IMG/VR virus record: IMGVR_UViG_3300023174_000135
DNA length: 64,000 bases
Strand: one strand, 5' to 3'
Origin: a virus
Lineage: Duplodnaviria; Heunggongvirae; Uroviricota; Caudoviricetes
Shown here: in pieces, positions 28,481-39,505 of the stretch
Layout: each line of letters starts with the position of its first letter
How positions within the stretch are numbered: the first letter of the stretch is position 1
Position numbers and translations under genes: made by a program
The notes under the pieces: model-generated
Seen by the model: the letters and a program-made list of their open reading frames with translations, nothing else
Databases searched by the model: none
Told to the model about the DNA's origin: nothing

Positions 28481-29136
28481 AAACCAAACCTCCCTTTCAA
28501 TGCTTTGTAATTTTGTGATATTTCAGTAGCACTCAATGCTCTATTATAAAACATTATATTTGATATATTTGAATTTAAAAATCTAGCAATACCATTGATG
28601 CATGCAAATGTAGCAGCACCAGAATTTAATGTAGCAGTATTAGCAAATGTTCCATCTACTGCAGAATTTAAATAAAAAATAGTATTTGAACTATTTACCA
28701 TTACAAAATTATACCATGTATTAATAGCAAGAGTTGTTGTTCCAATCCTAGCTCCAGAACCATTCCAACTTAAAAATTTATATGTATTAGACACAGCAGC
28801 ATAAAGAGATATAGAAGCAATATCACTAGGAGATCCAAATAACTGAATTTCGCTGCCTGCACCTGCTGGTAGTGAAATAAATTTTACCCAAAATGAAATT
28901 GAATACGCTGTTCCAATTGTAGGTAATGTTACTGATATATAATCATTAATTCCATCTGTTGTAATAACACCTAAATTGGTAGAATTAAAACTTGATCCAT
29001 TAACTAATGTTGCATTTATATTACTTTTAACATCACTCCAAGTTAATCCACTACCAGAATAAGATTTTGTATTACCAGCATCAAAATATAAAACCAGTCC
29101 ATTGGTTACTATTCTTGGTGAATAATGAAAAGCCAT
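28477..29136 (-). CDS. LamG-type domain protein (219 aa)
   Basis: LYFDAGNTKSYSGSGLTWSDV...TDGINDYISV...SATEISQNYKALKGRFGL; 4-nt overlap with the neighbour. Confidence 0.65.
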   Translation of the reverse strand: MAFHYSPRIVTNGLVLYFDAGNTKSYSGSGLTWSDVKSNINATLVNGSSFNSTNLGVITTDGINDYISVTLPTIGTAYSISFWVKFISLPAGAGSEIQLFGSPSDIASISLYAAVSNTYKFLSWNGSGARIGTTTLAINTWYNFVMVNSSNTIFYLNSAVDGTFANTATLNSGAATFACINGIARFLNSNISNIMFYNRALSATEISQNYKALKGRFGL

Positions 29137-29137
29137 A

Positions 29138-32100
29138 TTAAATTGTTCTTATAATTGTTTTTAATGTCCATCCAGAAGTTGAACTATTTGCTTGTAGTAA
29201 AACAAAAGCCCCTGAATAAGTATATGATAATACTACACCTGTTGTATTTCCTATATCAATTCCTCCTAATTCATAATACCTAATTGTATTACCAAGCCAA
29301 GCAGCATTTATACTACCAGATCTACTATTTGTTGTTCCTAATAAATGATAATCAACAAAAGCACCAGTATAAGATGCGGTTGCTATAGCATATATAGTAT
29401 TACTTCCTGTTACTAATGTTACTTTTTTAGTAGTATATAAAGCTGGTGTTTGATAATCACCGATTAAAGTTGTATTATCTGAAAATACTTCTAAAATAGG
29501 CATACCTGATATGTCATTTACACTAAATAATGAACCAGTTAAACTATCAACAATTGAGAATAATTGACCAGATGAACCTTCTACTGTTAATAATGTTGCA
29601 CCACTTATAGTTGACGAAATATAAACAGAACCAGATACTCCTAATTGACCAGTGTTTGGATTAAATGTTAAACTTGGTTGTGCTATTGCACTATTTGTTG
29701 AACTACCAGTTGCAGTTAAAATTCTAAAATCACCAGGATTAGAAATTGAATTAAAACCTGGACCTGTTGCGCCTTGGAAGCCTTGAAAACCTTGTGATCC
29801 GGTTAAACCTTGAAAACCTTGTGATCCGGTTAAACCTTGAAACCCTTGTGGTCCGGTTAAACCTTGAAAACCTTGAAACCCTTGTGGTCCAGTTAAACCT
29901 TGAAAACCTTGGAAGCCTTGCGGTCCAGTCAAGCCTTGTCTTCCTTGAAATCCTTGTGAACCTGTTGGACCAAATTGCGTATACATTACTTGTTGCGCTG
30001 TAACAATAACTGAAGGAACAGAAGGTCTTGTTGGTCCAGATTGAGTGCCAATACTTTTAATTGCAATATCAGTAGAAGGTGATGACCAATAAATTTCAAA
30101 ATAATCATTTTGATTAAAAGTTTTAAGGAAATTCCATGACACAACTTGATCTGATTGACCGGCTATATTAAACTCTGTATTTGAAGCAGTTAAATAATCA
30201 CCATTAACTGAAAACCATATATCAATTATACCATTACTTGAATTGGTTTTTGTAAATACAGTTGAAAATTGTATATTAAATGTACCAGGATAATTAAATC
30301 TTATACCAGTATTGCTATATAAACTAACACCATTTGATTCGTAAGTAAAATCCAAAGGCATTTTTAATGCTGTATTTCCAACTAAATTAGTTTGACTTTG
30401 AGTTGAATAAAAAGCACCATAATAACCTAACGCACCACCAGCACCAGTTCCGCCCATCGGACCTTGCGCACCTTGTGCACCATTCGTTGCTGCAGTTGTT
30501 GCTCCAACATTTCCTTGTGCATCAATATATAATGATAAGGTAGAACCTGTTAATCCGGCTATTTGTAATCTATTTAAATAAGTATTACCAAGTCCAGTTA
30601 CATAAAATGTAGTAATACCTGAACCATTTTGTCCTTCTAATATATTATCATTATCTGAGCTTGAACCTCTACGAATAGTTAATCCATTATTAGCAATACT
30701 AGTAATTATTTCCGGAGAACTTGAGTTATTATATGCTTGCTGTAATGTTGTAGTTGAATAAGCACCACTACCAGCTGATGGCTCACCAAATTTAGATACA
30801 TAATTAAATACCGCTTGTGTTGAATCAGTTAAATCAGTTGCAGATTTTGAAACAGATAAAACACCTATCAATATACCATTATTTCTATTATTTGAATAAA
30901 TTACGAATTGTTCTGTTTGTTGAGCCGATACCGCTGCTGCTAAATTTGAATAAACTGTTTGTCCATATTGAACTCTAACAACACCAGTTGGGAATAAATA
31001 AATTCTTTGATTAGTTGCTGCATTAGAACCACCACCAACAGATGTTACAACACCACCATTATCATAATTTGCAGGATCTATAACTGATACATTAGAAAAT
31101 GAACCACCTGTTTGTGTTCTATATTGAAAAGTTACTGGCGTTTGTCCCAAAATTGATACACTATTCGGGTTTAAAGTATTTGTTACAAAACCAATACCAT
31201 TACCCCATAAAGTACCTGCAGATATTTTGAATGCTAAACTACCAACAGCATTAGCAGATGGTATAACTCCTTGATTAATTAAAGAAATTGGTGTCCATAT
31301 ATCTCTAACAGCAGACATTGGTGATTGCTCATAATCAACAAGATTATTGGTATTTTGTAAAGTAGATTTATTTGGATGTATTACTTTACCAATATAAATA
31401 TTTTGTCTTCTTTGTTGTGGAGTTGGAAAAGTATTCTGTAATAACAACGATGAAGAACCTGTTATTAAAACAAATGTTTCTGAATCAGTAGTTAAATATG
31501 GTGTAGTTGTGCTAACAGTACCATTATATTGAACAAATTGTGCTGTTGGTCTTACAGAAGAAGTTATTCCTGAATTGTCTACAATCCAAGCTTTAACAGC
31601 TGGAACATTAAATGTTGTAGAAGATGATATAGTTAATCCAGGACTTGCTACATAAAAAGCACCTGTTGATAGAGCATTACCTTCTAATATATTTCTTTGT
31701 CTATCTGTTATTGATAAATTGATATTTTCATTTCCTATTGTAACAAAAATTTTACCATTCGATGAAGTTGAACCAATTGCAATTTGGCCTACATGACTTA
31801 CTCTTGAAGTATAATTTAAATTAAAATAATCATAAGTATAATAACCCGGTGTTGTATCACTTAAATATAAATAACTATTTACACTTGTTGTTCCAACAAT
31901 TGCATTTGTATTTACACCAGATATAATACCTGACATTATAAATAAACCTATTTGATTATTCGGAACATCATCATTTGCGACACCATCAACTACAGCTGAT
32001 ATATCTGAAGCAGCATTTGCTAATGCAACCGTTGGAATACTTCCTGTATAACCATTAACATAAACAGCTAAACCTTTTGAAATTGTAGCGCCTGTTGAAT

Positions 32101-32536
32101 TATAAGCTCTGAAAACAGTTTCTCTACCCAAATGAACAGGAGAACTAAATTGTCCATCCATATAATAGGCAAGTGATTCTTCACTTTTATCGTAAAATAA
32201 AAATGACGATGTAGCTGAAATAGTTGGATTTTGATTAAATATAATACCATTTAAATTGGTTATATTAGTATTAATAGAAACCGCAGTAGAATTTGTGCCA
32301 ATTTGTAATGTAGTACCATTAAAAGTTAAAGCTGGTTGAGCTACCGAAGCTGTTGTTGAACCATCTGAAATTAAAACACGATTTGCTCCTGGGTTAGTAA
32401 TAGTTGTACTACTCTGTGGAACCCAATTTGTAGTACCATCGGAATTAATACTCAATACCCATCCTGCTGTTGGACCAGGAGTAAAAGATAGGAATCTATC
32501 AACTAATAAATTATATATGGAAAAAGTTGCAGGCAT
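29138..32536 (-). CDS. large (1132 aa) fibre protein: conserved N-terminal module, TNF/C1q-like domain, collagen-like repeat, shared C-terminal module
   Basis: N-terminus MPATFSIYNLLVDRFLSFTPGPTAGWVLSINSDGTTNWVP is paralogous to the N-terminus of 34631-38722; 23 G-X-Y triplets; C-terminal SGSVYISSTISGATLLTVEGSSGQLFSIVDSLTGSLFSVNDISGMPILEV is shared with 12155 and 34631. Confidence 0.7.
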   Translation of the reverse strand: MPATFSIYNLLVDRFLSFTPGPTAGWVLSINSDGTTNWVPQSSTTITNPGANRVLISDGSTTASVAQPALTFNGTTLQIGTNSTAVSINTNITNLNGIIFNQNPTISATSSFLFYDKSEESLAYYMDGQFSSPVHLGRETVFRAYNSTGATISKGLAVYVNGYTGSIPTVALANAASDISAVVDGVANDDVPNNQIGLFIMSGIISGVNTNAIVGTTSVNSYLYLSDTTPGYYTYDYFNLNYTSRVSHVGQIAIGSTSSNGKIFVTIGNENINLSITDRQRNILEGNALSTGAFYVASPGLTISSSTTFNVPAVKAWIVDNSGITSSVRPTAQFVQYNGTVSTTTPYLTTDSETFVLITGSSSLLLQNTFPTPQQRRQNIYIGKVIHPNKSTLQNTNNLVDYEQSPMSAVRDIWTPISLINQGVIPSANAVGSLAFKISAGTLWGNGIGFVTNTLNPNSVSILGQTPVTFQYRTQTGGSFSNVSVIDPANYDNGGVVTSVGGGSNAATNQRIYLFPTGVVRVQYGQTVYSNLAAAVSAQQTEQFVIYSNNRNNGILIGVLSVSKSATDLTDSTQAVFNYVSKFGEPSAGSGAYSTTTLQQAYNNSSSPEIITSIANNGLTIRRGSSSDNDNILEGQNGSGITTFYVTGLGNTYLNRLQIAGLTGSTLSLYIDAQGNVGATTAATNGAQGAQGPMGGTGAGGALGYYGAFYSTQSQTNLVGNTALKMPLDFTYESNGVSLYSNTGIRFNYPGTFNIQFSTVFTKTNSSNGIIDIWFSVNGDYLTASNTEFNIAGQSDQVVSWNFLKTFNQNDYFEIYWSSPSTDIAIKSIGTQSGPTRPSVPSVIVTAQQVMYTQFGPTGSQGFQGRQGLTGPQGFQGFQGLTGPQGFQGFQGLTGPQGFQGLTGSQGFQGLTGSQGFQGFQGATGPGFNSISNPGDFRILTATGSSTNSAIAQPSLTFNPNTGQLGVSGSVYISSTISGATLLTVEGSSGQLFSIVDSLTGSLFSVNDISGMPILEVFSDNTTLIGDYQTPALYTTKKVTLVTGSNTIYAIATASYTGAFVDYHLLGTTNSRSGSINAAWLGNTIRYYELGGIDIGNTTGVVLSYTYSGAFVLLQANSSTSGWTLKTIIRTI
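29760..29965. repeat. periodic collagen-coding direct repeats
   Basis: Repeated ggttaaaccttgaaaaccttgtgatcc units. Confidence 0.8.
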
Positions 32537-32555
32537 TTTTTATTTTATTTAATTT

Positions 32556-34013
32556 TTAGAACATCATTATTCTATGTAATATAACATCACTATTACGGAT
32601 TGAATATAACCACATAGTTTGATCATCATATTTTTTAATCCATATTTTTTGTCCAATAACACCTGTTCCGTCAGTATATAGATTTGTACTAAATGGCACC
32701 AAATCATTACCAATTACATCATAATAAAAGAAACGGTTTGTAGCATCTTTTCTAATATATATTCTACTACCATTAGCCATAGCAGATGTACCAGTTGAAA
32801 ATGTTTCTAACAATGGACCATAGTTTGCAATACCACCTGAACCATATGTAATCCAAGCATTTGTTGGTATATCATATCTATATAAAGTTGTATTACCAGC
32901 ACCACGAAAAGCATAAATATATCTACCATTAAAGAAGTTAGTAGGATTTTTCCAAACTGATTCAGTAGCACCTACAATCGCATCAAGCGTTGAACCAGCT
33001 TGCAATACTGCTGGAGCGGAAGTCAAAGCAGTCCATGATTCAGTAGCACCAGAAAATGTAGAGGCTATTGTATACTTATAGAATGGTGCTGCGTTATTCC
33101 CTGATAAGTATAATTCTTCTGAAGCTTCTATTATATATGAAGAACCTGCTGTTGGATTGGTAACCCAGTTTGGCACCACAGTTAATGTATTACTAGTATT
33201 AGCAGTTATTTTTCTAACTTGACCTATTCCTGTTGCTCCAATAATTTTAACTTGGTAGTTTATAAAATTGGAAGGTGTCCAAGAAGCGGTTGAATCAACA
33301 AGTGTATTTACTGAACCGCTTGTTGCTGTTCCGACTATAAATGGATTATCTAATTGATATGCGGTTGTCATAGCACCATCTGTACCCCAAGAAGCAGGTA
33401 ATCCAGTAGTAAATAAGTTAGTTGGTAAACTTGTACCTGCTACACCTGACCAAGCCATAGTTGCTATATCAAAAAATTTCCAAACACCAGCAGCCAATGT
33501 TAAATAAGCGGATAAAACAAAAAATCTACCAGACGATATACGAAACCATTCAGTAGTTACAGCGTTAGGAAGTGTTGTATCTAATGTTATAGTCCAGTTA
33601 ACAGCATCACAGAATAAATCAACTATATTTGCAGTTAAGCCTGCATTTGTCCCTGCTGTAAATTCTAATTTTTGACCTTTAATAAATCTTGTTAAATTAT
33701 AAGATGATGCTGACCCCGTAATAGTTGTTGTTGTTCCTGATGTAGCACGCATATCTATTGACCAAGGAAAATATTGACCTGTTGTTCCACCACCAAATGT
33801 ACCCGCAAAAGCAGCGGACGGCAATTGGATCCAAGCATCTTCTTCGTGATCGTATAAAAATTGAACTGTTGTTGATACCACTTGTAAAGTAAATCTATTT
33901 CTTGCTGAATCGTCACCTATGAAAATAACACCAGCGGACGATGAAGATACTGCAGGTGTCATGAATTGCCATTCTTTTCTATGTAAAATTCTTTTATTAT
34001 TATTTGTAGACAT
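32556..34013 (-). CDS. hypothetical structural protein (485 aa, Thr/Ser/Gly-rich)
   Basis: Long ORF in the co-oriented structural block; no specific motif. Confidence 0.5.
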   Translation of the reverse strand: MSTNNNKRILHRKEWQFMTPAVSSSSAGVIFIGDDSARNRFTLQVVSTTVQFLYDHEEDAWIQLPSAAFAGTFGGGTTGQYFPWSIDMRATSGTTTTITGSASSYNLTRFIKGQKLEFTAGTNAGLTANIVDLFCDAVNWTITLDTTLPNAVTTEWFRISSGRFFVLSAYLTLAAGVWKFFDIATMAWSGVAGTSLPTNLFTTGLPASWGTDGAMTTAYQLDNPFIVGTATSGSVNTLVDSTASWTPSNFINYQVKIIGATGIGQVRKITANTSNTLTVVPNWVTNPTAGSSYIIEASEELYLSGNNAAPFYKYTIASTFSGATESWTALTSAPAVLQAGSTLDAIVGATESVWKNPTNFFNGRYIYAFRGAGNTTLYRYDIPTNAWITYGSGGIANYGPLLETFSTGTSAMANGSRIYIRKDATNRFFYYDVIGNDLVPFSTNLYTDGTGVIGQKIWIKKYDDQTMWLYSIRNSDVILHRIMMF

Positions 34014-34028
34014 ATTTTATATTTATTT

Positions 34029-34601
34029 TTATGGAGTTATTTTATTTATATTTTCTTGTGCTGCTGAATTATGTTGTGAACTAATTGAACCTACACGAAG
34101 ATATCCAGCAGTTGTTGATGTTGAAGCTATTTCACCAATAATTGAATTTAATTGAGATAGGGTACTAATAGATCCACCAGCGCCAATCATTCTTAATGAA
34201 TTATTAGAATCTCTCACAGCATCCAAAACTCTTAATCTTTCAGAAACATTATACAATGAATCGGTTAAATCATTTAAAGTTGTTAGTAAAGTTTTGATTA
34301 AAATTATATTATTATTTTGTGTAATACTAATTAAATCACCATCTGTCCAATCATAATATATTTGTAAATTGTCACTTAATGATAAAGTAGATATAAAATT
34401 AGAAAAAATACTTTTACCACTTACCGAAGTGTTATTATTATCACTCGCAAAATTATATAATATTTGGTGAACACCAGTTGTTACCTTTGTAATTAATAAA
34501 AGATTTTCAATTCTTAATGTTGGTGAAGCTGTGCTTCCCGGAAAAGAGTTAATGTCTATCCGATTTGCAAATATTGTATAATCAGTTAATAATATTTTCA
34601 T
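34029..34601 (-). CDS. hypothetical small structural or assembly protein (190 aa)
   Basis: ORF between two giant fibre genes; Asn/Ser/Leu-rich. Confidence 0.4.
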   Translation of the reverse strand: MKILLTDYTIFANRIDINSFPGSTASPTLRIENLLLITKVTTGVHQILYNFASDNNNTSVSGKSIFSNFISTLSLSDNLQIYYDWTDGDLISITQNNNIILIKTLLTTLNDLTDSLYNVSERLRVLDAVRDSNNSLRMIGAGGSISTLSQLNSIIGEIASTSTTAGYLRVGSISSQHNSAAQENINKITP

Positions 34602-34630
34602 TTAATATTTAATTTTAAGTATATATTTTT

Positions 34631-37600
34631 TTATCCTAATGCTATCGCATATGCAATTGCCAAATTATTTGATGCTGCGGTTGAAACTGTTGCGGATACT
34701 AAACCATTATCATCTATAATAAGATTTCGATTATTACCTCCACCTGTTAAACCTTGTATATTTAGGGTTGTGGTTTTAAATAAACTTTTATTGGTTGTTG
34801 TATAACTTGAATCAACAGTTAAAACTGGTACACCAGACATATCATTTACATTAAATATAGAACCTGTCATACTATCAATAACAGAAAATAATTGTCCTGA
34901 TACACCTTCTATACTAATTAATGTGCTTGCACTCGTTGTACCAGATATAACAACTGAACCAGTTATACCTAATGTGTTTGCTCTAACTGTTGTGCTTTGT
35001 ACTAAACTTGAATATATTGTACTTGCACTTAAACCTGTATAAGCACTATCATCTGCTAATTTAACTGATAAAATAGAACCAGTCCTTTTTAATGCAGGAA
35101 AACTTGATGATGTTCCACCAAATTGAAGTAAATTAAAATCAGTTTGAGCAAAATTTTGAATTAATAAATTACCATCACTTGGTGAAGTCAATTTTGTTCT
35201 ATTTACAAAATATATTATTTGTGCAGAACCTGCTTGTAAATTACCTATTGATAAAAATGAACCTGCCGAGCTTACTCTGCCTGTATAATCTATATAAAAT
35301 TTACTAGTACCAGCAATTTGTAAATCAATAAAATTACCAATATACCCACTTGCTTCATTTATAGCAATCGAAGTACCAGCATTACTACCTGTAAAAAATC
35401 CAGTTGTTGATCCGTCAAAAGCAGCTGCTCCAATATTTAATGAGCCTATTGTAGATGATATAGGATTTAAATTAATTAATGTCCTTTTTAGTATATTTAA
35501 ATTAGTATAAGCACCACTAGCAGCTAATTGTAATGATGCACCACTTGTATTTAAAGCAGTATTACCACTTATTAAATAAAATGATGAATCTAATGAAGCA
35601 TAACCACTATCATCTGCTAATCTTGCTTGTAAAGTAGTTGTTGATCTTTTTAATGCTGGAAAACTTGAATTAGTTCCACCAAATTGTAGTAATCCTTGTC
35701 CATTTACAGTTAATAAATATGTTGTAGTATCATTATCTATTCTTAATAATGTTGAGTTTGATAAACCAGTAATATACACTGCACCCGATGCTGCACCTGT
35801 TAAACCATTTACTTGTAATCTATAACCATTATCAGTAAATACACCACCATTTTGTAATACAAGATTACCAGTATTGTATAATTGCATCGTTTGTACACTA
35901 CTAGCATTTGTTGTCGTTTTAAATAAAATACTATGATTCGTTGCACCCGAAGCATTTAATGACATATTATTATTATATGTTTCAAATGTTTGTAAAGTCA
36001 TTCTAGCTGACCAAGAAACATCAGCACTTTCACCTATATATGCCTGATTCGAAGAAACAGCAATAGCGGCTATTGTTGGTGTTGTAAATCTAGCCGCATA
36101 TCTTCTAACACCAGTAAAGGCTCCTATATTATATGTAGGTGCTACATCTAATCCTATTAATATATCATTATTTGCTACAGCAGAAAATGAAGCTGAAGTA
36201 TAAATACCTCTGGCTATTGAATTAGTTGCAGTTTGAGAACCTCTAACATCTAATATAGCAACTGGACCAGTAATTCCAATTCCTATATTACCACCTGTAC
36301 CAATATAAAAAGGTGTTGATATTGTGCCTAAATCTACTCTAAATAAATCAGTCGAACCTGTACCATAAACATTTAATTTTGCAATAGGTGTTGTTGTTCC
36401 TATGCCAACATTGCCAGTAGAATCTATATATTCTCGAATTACACCATTAGTGCTTACTTGATATGCTAACATACCACTTGCAGCATTTATTCTAGTGACA
36501 TTACCACTAACATCTAAAATTGTAGCTGAATTGCTTTTAAACCCACTAGATGCTTCAATAAAACCACTTACAAAAAGTTTAGATATTGAATTTGGAGCAG
36601 AATTAATACCAACATTTCCATTAGCATCAATTATTAAATTATTATTAACATTAAGAGGACCATTTGTAGCTGTTCCAACAATTTGCAATTTATAACCTGG
36701 ATCACTTGCAGTACCTATTAATAAATTACCAGTTGTATTTAATGATATATGTTGTGTTGTACCACCATCGCCACTAAATATAAGTCCACCTGAAACACCA
36801 CTAATTCTACTTGCTGCCGCACCAGCAATAGTTCCTGTATTTGATTCAAATTTTATACCTATGGAACCTGCATTATTATTTAAAGTCATTATATTTGATC
36901 CTGGGTTAATAACTAAAAACCCAGTAGAACCATTTGTAGCATCACCACCTTTACCTAATTTTACATATGAATTAGAGGCATTATTATCATATACTATTAA
37001 ATTTTTAACAATCAATCCAACATGTGATGATTTGTCCGCTAACTGTGTTGCTAAATATGGTTCTTTCAACATTGTAGCACTAAGTGTTTGTCCAAATGTT
37101 ACTGATGATGAACCGAGTATAAAAGAAAAAGATACGGTTAAACCTGTAATAGCTGATACATAATAAAAATTATTTGAATTAGTTGATTGACCATTAAATT
37201 GTGGTATATTTGCCGAAGGACTAAAACTTACTATATCACCTATTTTTAAATTAGGATTTGAACTTGTAGCTAAAGTAGCAAAAGTTGTATTACCATTAAA
37301 AGAAACGCTAACAGTATTACCAAATGATTTAAACCCCGCTTGATTAACCAGTGAAGTATATTGAGCTGTTGAGCCACCAAATTGCAATTGATCAAAATCA
37401 TTTGATGCTTGATTAGCCATTTGTATAACATTATCATTTCTAACTAAAATTCTTGATTTGTTCACCCAATATAAATCAGAAGTGCTTCCTAATCTTACAT
37501 CTCCACCACTATAAATATGATTTCCAAATGTAGAAACACCATTTAAATCAATTATTAATTTACCATTTATGTTTATTGGCCCATTAGTTGCTGTACCTAC

Positions 37601-38722
37601 TACTTGTAATAAATATCCATTGTCAGTTGAGGTAGCACCATTTTGAATCAATGTATTACCACTTGCAAAAAATCTTGCTGTGGTTGTACCACCTGGATTT
37701 AATAATATATCTGTACCTGTTATACTTTTAAAATTTAGGTGATTGCTTGTTGTATAAATAGCTTGGTTAGTTCCTAAATAATATTGAGAAGAATATACCG
37801 TATTCCATGCTGATGTAATACTACCAGAATTATATGTATTGTTTGCATTTGGTGTTATATTTCTTGTAATTATATCACCACCAAAATAAGAATTATCAGC
37901 GGCAACGTATAAACTATAAGGATTGCTTATTGTTCCACCAATAGTTAATTTTGGTGCACCTTGAATATATAAACTTGAAGCATTGCTTATAGTTGCACCT
38001 GCTGTTCCTGTTATTGTTCCTATATTTGTAATACCAGAACCACTTTTGATCATTACATTTGCAATTGTATCATAAATTGATTGTGTTGCTAACGACCACC
38101 AAATTGGTTTGAATATAGTATTTGCAGCATTAACTCCTGTTGGTATTGTTGGTGAACCATTACCACCTATAGCTACTTTATACCAAGTCGTACTTGAACT
38201 TGGTATAACAAAATCTGAATTACTAGTATTTGTTCCTGATCTTGCAGATTGTACATATAAATTACTCAATTCTGGAGTTGTTGTATATGAAATAATTGCG
38301 CCATTTGCATTTATATTATTAATATAACCTTGGTTAAAATATAAAGCAGAACTGCCTAAATTAAATAGCCCATTTGTGTTTGGTGTTATATTACCATTAA
38401 ATAAAGAATTACCATTTACATATAATTTATTTCCCGAATCTGCTGCTGTACCACCGATACTTACATTTGAAGTTGTAAATACAATTATTGCTGGTGTATT
38501 ATTTGATTTTATAAGTAGATTATAATTATCATTAGTTCCAAATATTGCTGTTGCACCATATGAGTTACCACCTTGTATAAAATTGAAACTAGTTGAAGGT
38601 AATGGCGCAAAATAGGTACTACCATTGCTATTAACCGCTACAACATAACCTTGTGTTGTACCTTTTGCGAAAGTTAATGAATTTTCGACTAATATATTAT
38701 AGATAGAATAAGTTGATGCCAT
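34631..38722 (-). CDS. giant (1363 aa) fibre protein, mosaic of modules shared with other fibre genes
   Basis: N-terminus MASTYSIYNILVENSLTFAKGTTQGYVVAVNSNGSTYFAP paralogous to 29138-32536; FIQGGNSYGATAIFGTNDNYNLL module as in 12155-14497; C-terminal TGSVVISGTTSASTLISIEGVSGQLFSVIDSMTGSIFNVNDMSGVPVLTV shared; long Thr/Ser/Gly/Asn-rich beta-rich central region. Confidence 0.65.
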   Translation of the reverse strand: MASTYSIYNILVENSLTFAKGTTQGYVVAVNSNGSTYFAPLPSTSFNFIQGGNSYGATAIFGTNDNYNLLIKSNNTPAIIVFTTSNVSIGGTAADSGNKLYVNGNSLFNGNITPNTNGLFNLGSSALYFNQGYINNINANGAIISYTTTPELSNLYVQSARSGTNTSNSDFVIPSSSTTWYKVAIGGNGSPTIPTGVNAANTIFKPIWWSLATQSIYDTIANVMIKSGSGITNIGTITGTAGATISNASSLYIQGAPKLTIGGTISNPYSLYVAADNSYFGGDIITRNITPNANNTYNSGSITSAWNTVYSSQYYLGTNQAIYTTSNHLNFKSITGTDILLNPGGTTTARFFASGNTLIQNGATSTDNGYLLQVVGTATNGPININGKLIIDLNGVSTFGNHIYSGGDVRLGSTSDLYWVNKSRILVRNDNVIQMANQASNDFDQLQFGGSTAQYTSLVNQAGFKSFGNTVSVSFNGNTTFATLATSSNPNLKIGDIVSFSPSANIPQFNGQSTNSNNFYYVSAITGLTVSFSFILGSSSVTFGQTLSATMLKEPYLATQLADKSSHVGLIVKNLIVYDNNASNSYVKLGKGGDATNGSTGFLVINPGSNIMTLNNNAGSIGIKFESNTGTIAGAAASRISGVSGGLIFSGDGGTTQHISLNTTGNLLIGTASDPGYKLQIVGTATNGPLNVNNNLIIDANGNVGINSAPNSISKLFVSGFIEASSGFKSNSATILDVSGNVTRINAASGMLAYQVSTNGVIREYIDSTGNVGIGTTTPIAKLNVYGTGSTDLFRVDLGTISTPFYIGTGGNIGIGITGPVAILDVRGSQTATNSIARGIYTSASFSAVANNDILIGLDVAPTYNIGAFTGVRRYAARFTTPTIAAIAVSSNQAYIGESADVSWSARMTLQTFETYNNNMSLNASGATNHSILFKTTTNASSVQTMQLYNTGNLVLQNGGVFTDNGYRLQVNGLTGAASGAVYITGLSNSTLLRIDNDTTTYLLTVNGQGLLQFGGTNSSFPALKRSTTTLQARLADDSGYASLDSSFYLISGNTALNTSGASLQLAASGAYTNLNILKRTLINLNPISSTIGSLNIGAAAFDGSTTGFFTGSNAGTSIAINEASGYIGNFIDLQIAGTSKFYIDYTGRVSSAGSFLSIGNLQAGSAQIIYFVNRTKLTSPSDGNLLIQNFAQTDFNLLQFGGTSSSFPALKRTGSILSVKLADDSAYTGLSASTIYSSLVQSTTVRANTLGITGSVVISGTTSASTLISIEGVSGQLFSVIDSMTGSIFNVNDMSGVPVLTVDSSYTTTNKSLFKTTTLNIQGLTGGGNNRNLIIDDNGLVSATVSTAASNNLAIAYAIALG

Positions 38723-38767
38723 TTAAGGTAAATAAATTTATTCTAATATATATTAAAAATTTACTTA

Positions 38768-39505
38768 CTAAATTACTTTAGATGCCCATAAAATTGCATT
38801 TGCAAACATAGGTCTAGCATTTGGATAAGAACTTATACCAGGTGGATAATAATTTAAACCAACTATTCTTGCCGAACCAGTTGTGCCAACAGCTATTGCT
38901 GGATAAGAACTTCCTGACCAAGTTGCTATATTTTGTGAACCAGAAGTTAATGTAGAAACTAAATCTATAAAATAAGAAGAACCTCCTGACAATGTTAAGG
39001 CAGTTAAGCCACTTAAAATTGGATGAGACCCTGATGAAAATGTTAAATTTAATATAGCTGACCCTTGATTTATACCAATCCAAGACCAAGGTGATATAGT
39101 ATTATCTGTAAAATTAGAGCGTAAATTCCAATAAAATACACCCGTTACCAAACCACCACCATTAGCACAGAATTTACTTAAATTTGGACCTATACCAGGA
39201 CCTCCAATTTGTCCGCTGTTTGTATATAATAAAATTACACTATAACTTGCATTGTTAACATCCGATGCAGTATAAGTAGTTGACAATTGTCTAGAACTAA
39301 TTGAGAATGTATAAGATGTAGTATTGAAATAATTTCTTAAATTTGTTTCTACACCAGATACACTTAAATCACCTAATATCAACAAATTAAACGAACCTGT
39401 TGCCGATATTGGCGGTGATGATGTTGCACTTGTTCCTGTAAATGTGCTGAAATTAAGCGATAATGGACCACTAAAATTAGATACTCTACCTATCATATTA
39501 ACCAA
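38768..39505 (-). CDS. hypothetical structural protein (245 aa)
   Basis: ORF overlapping the upstream gene by 8 nt; Ser/Thr/Gly-rich. Confidence 0.5.
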   Translation of the reverse strand: MVNMIGRVSNFSGPLSLNFSTFTGTSATSSPPISATGSFNLLILGDLSVSGVETNLRNYFNTTSYTFSISSRQLSTTYTASDVNNASYSVILLYTNSGQIGGPGIGPNLSKFCANGGGLVTGVFYWNLRSNFTDNTISPWSWIGINQGSAILNLTFSSGSHPILSGLTALTLSGGSSYFIDLVSTLTSGSQNIATWSGSSYPAIAVGTTGSARIVGLNYYPPGISSYPNARPMFANAILWASKVI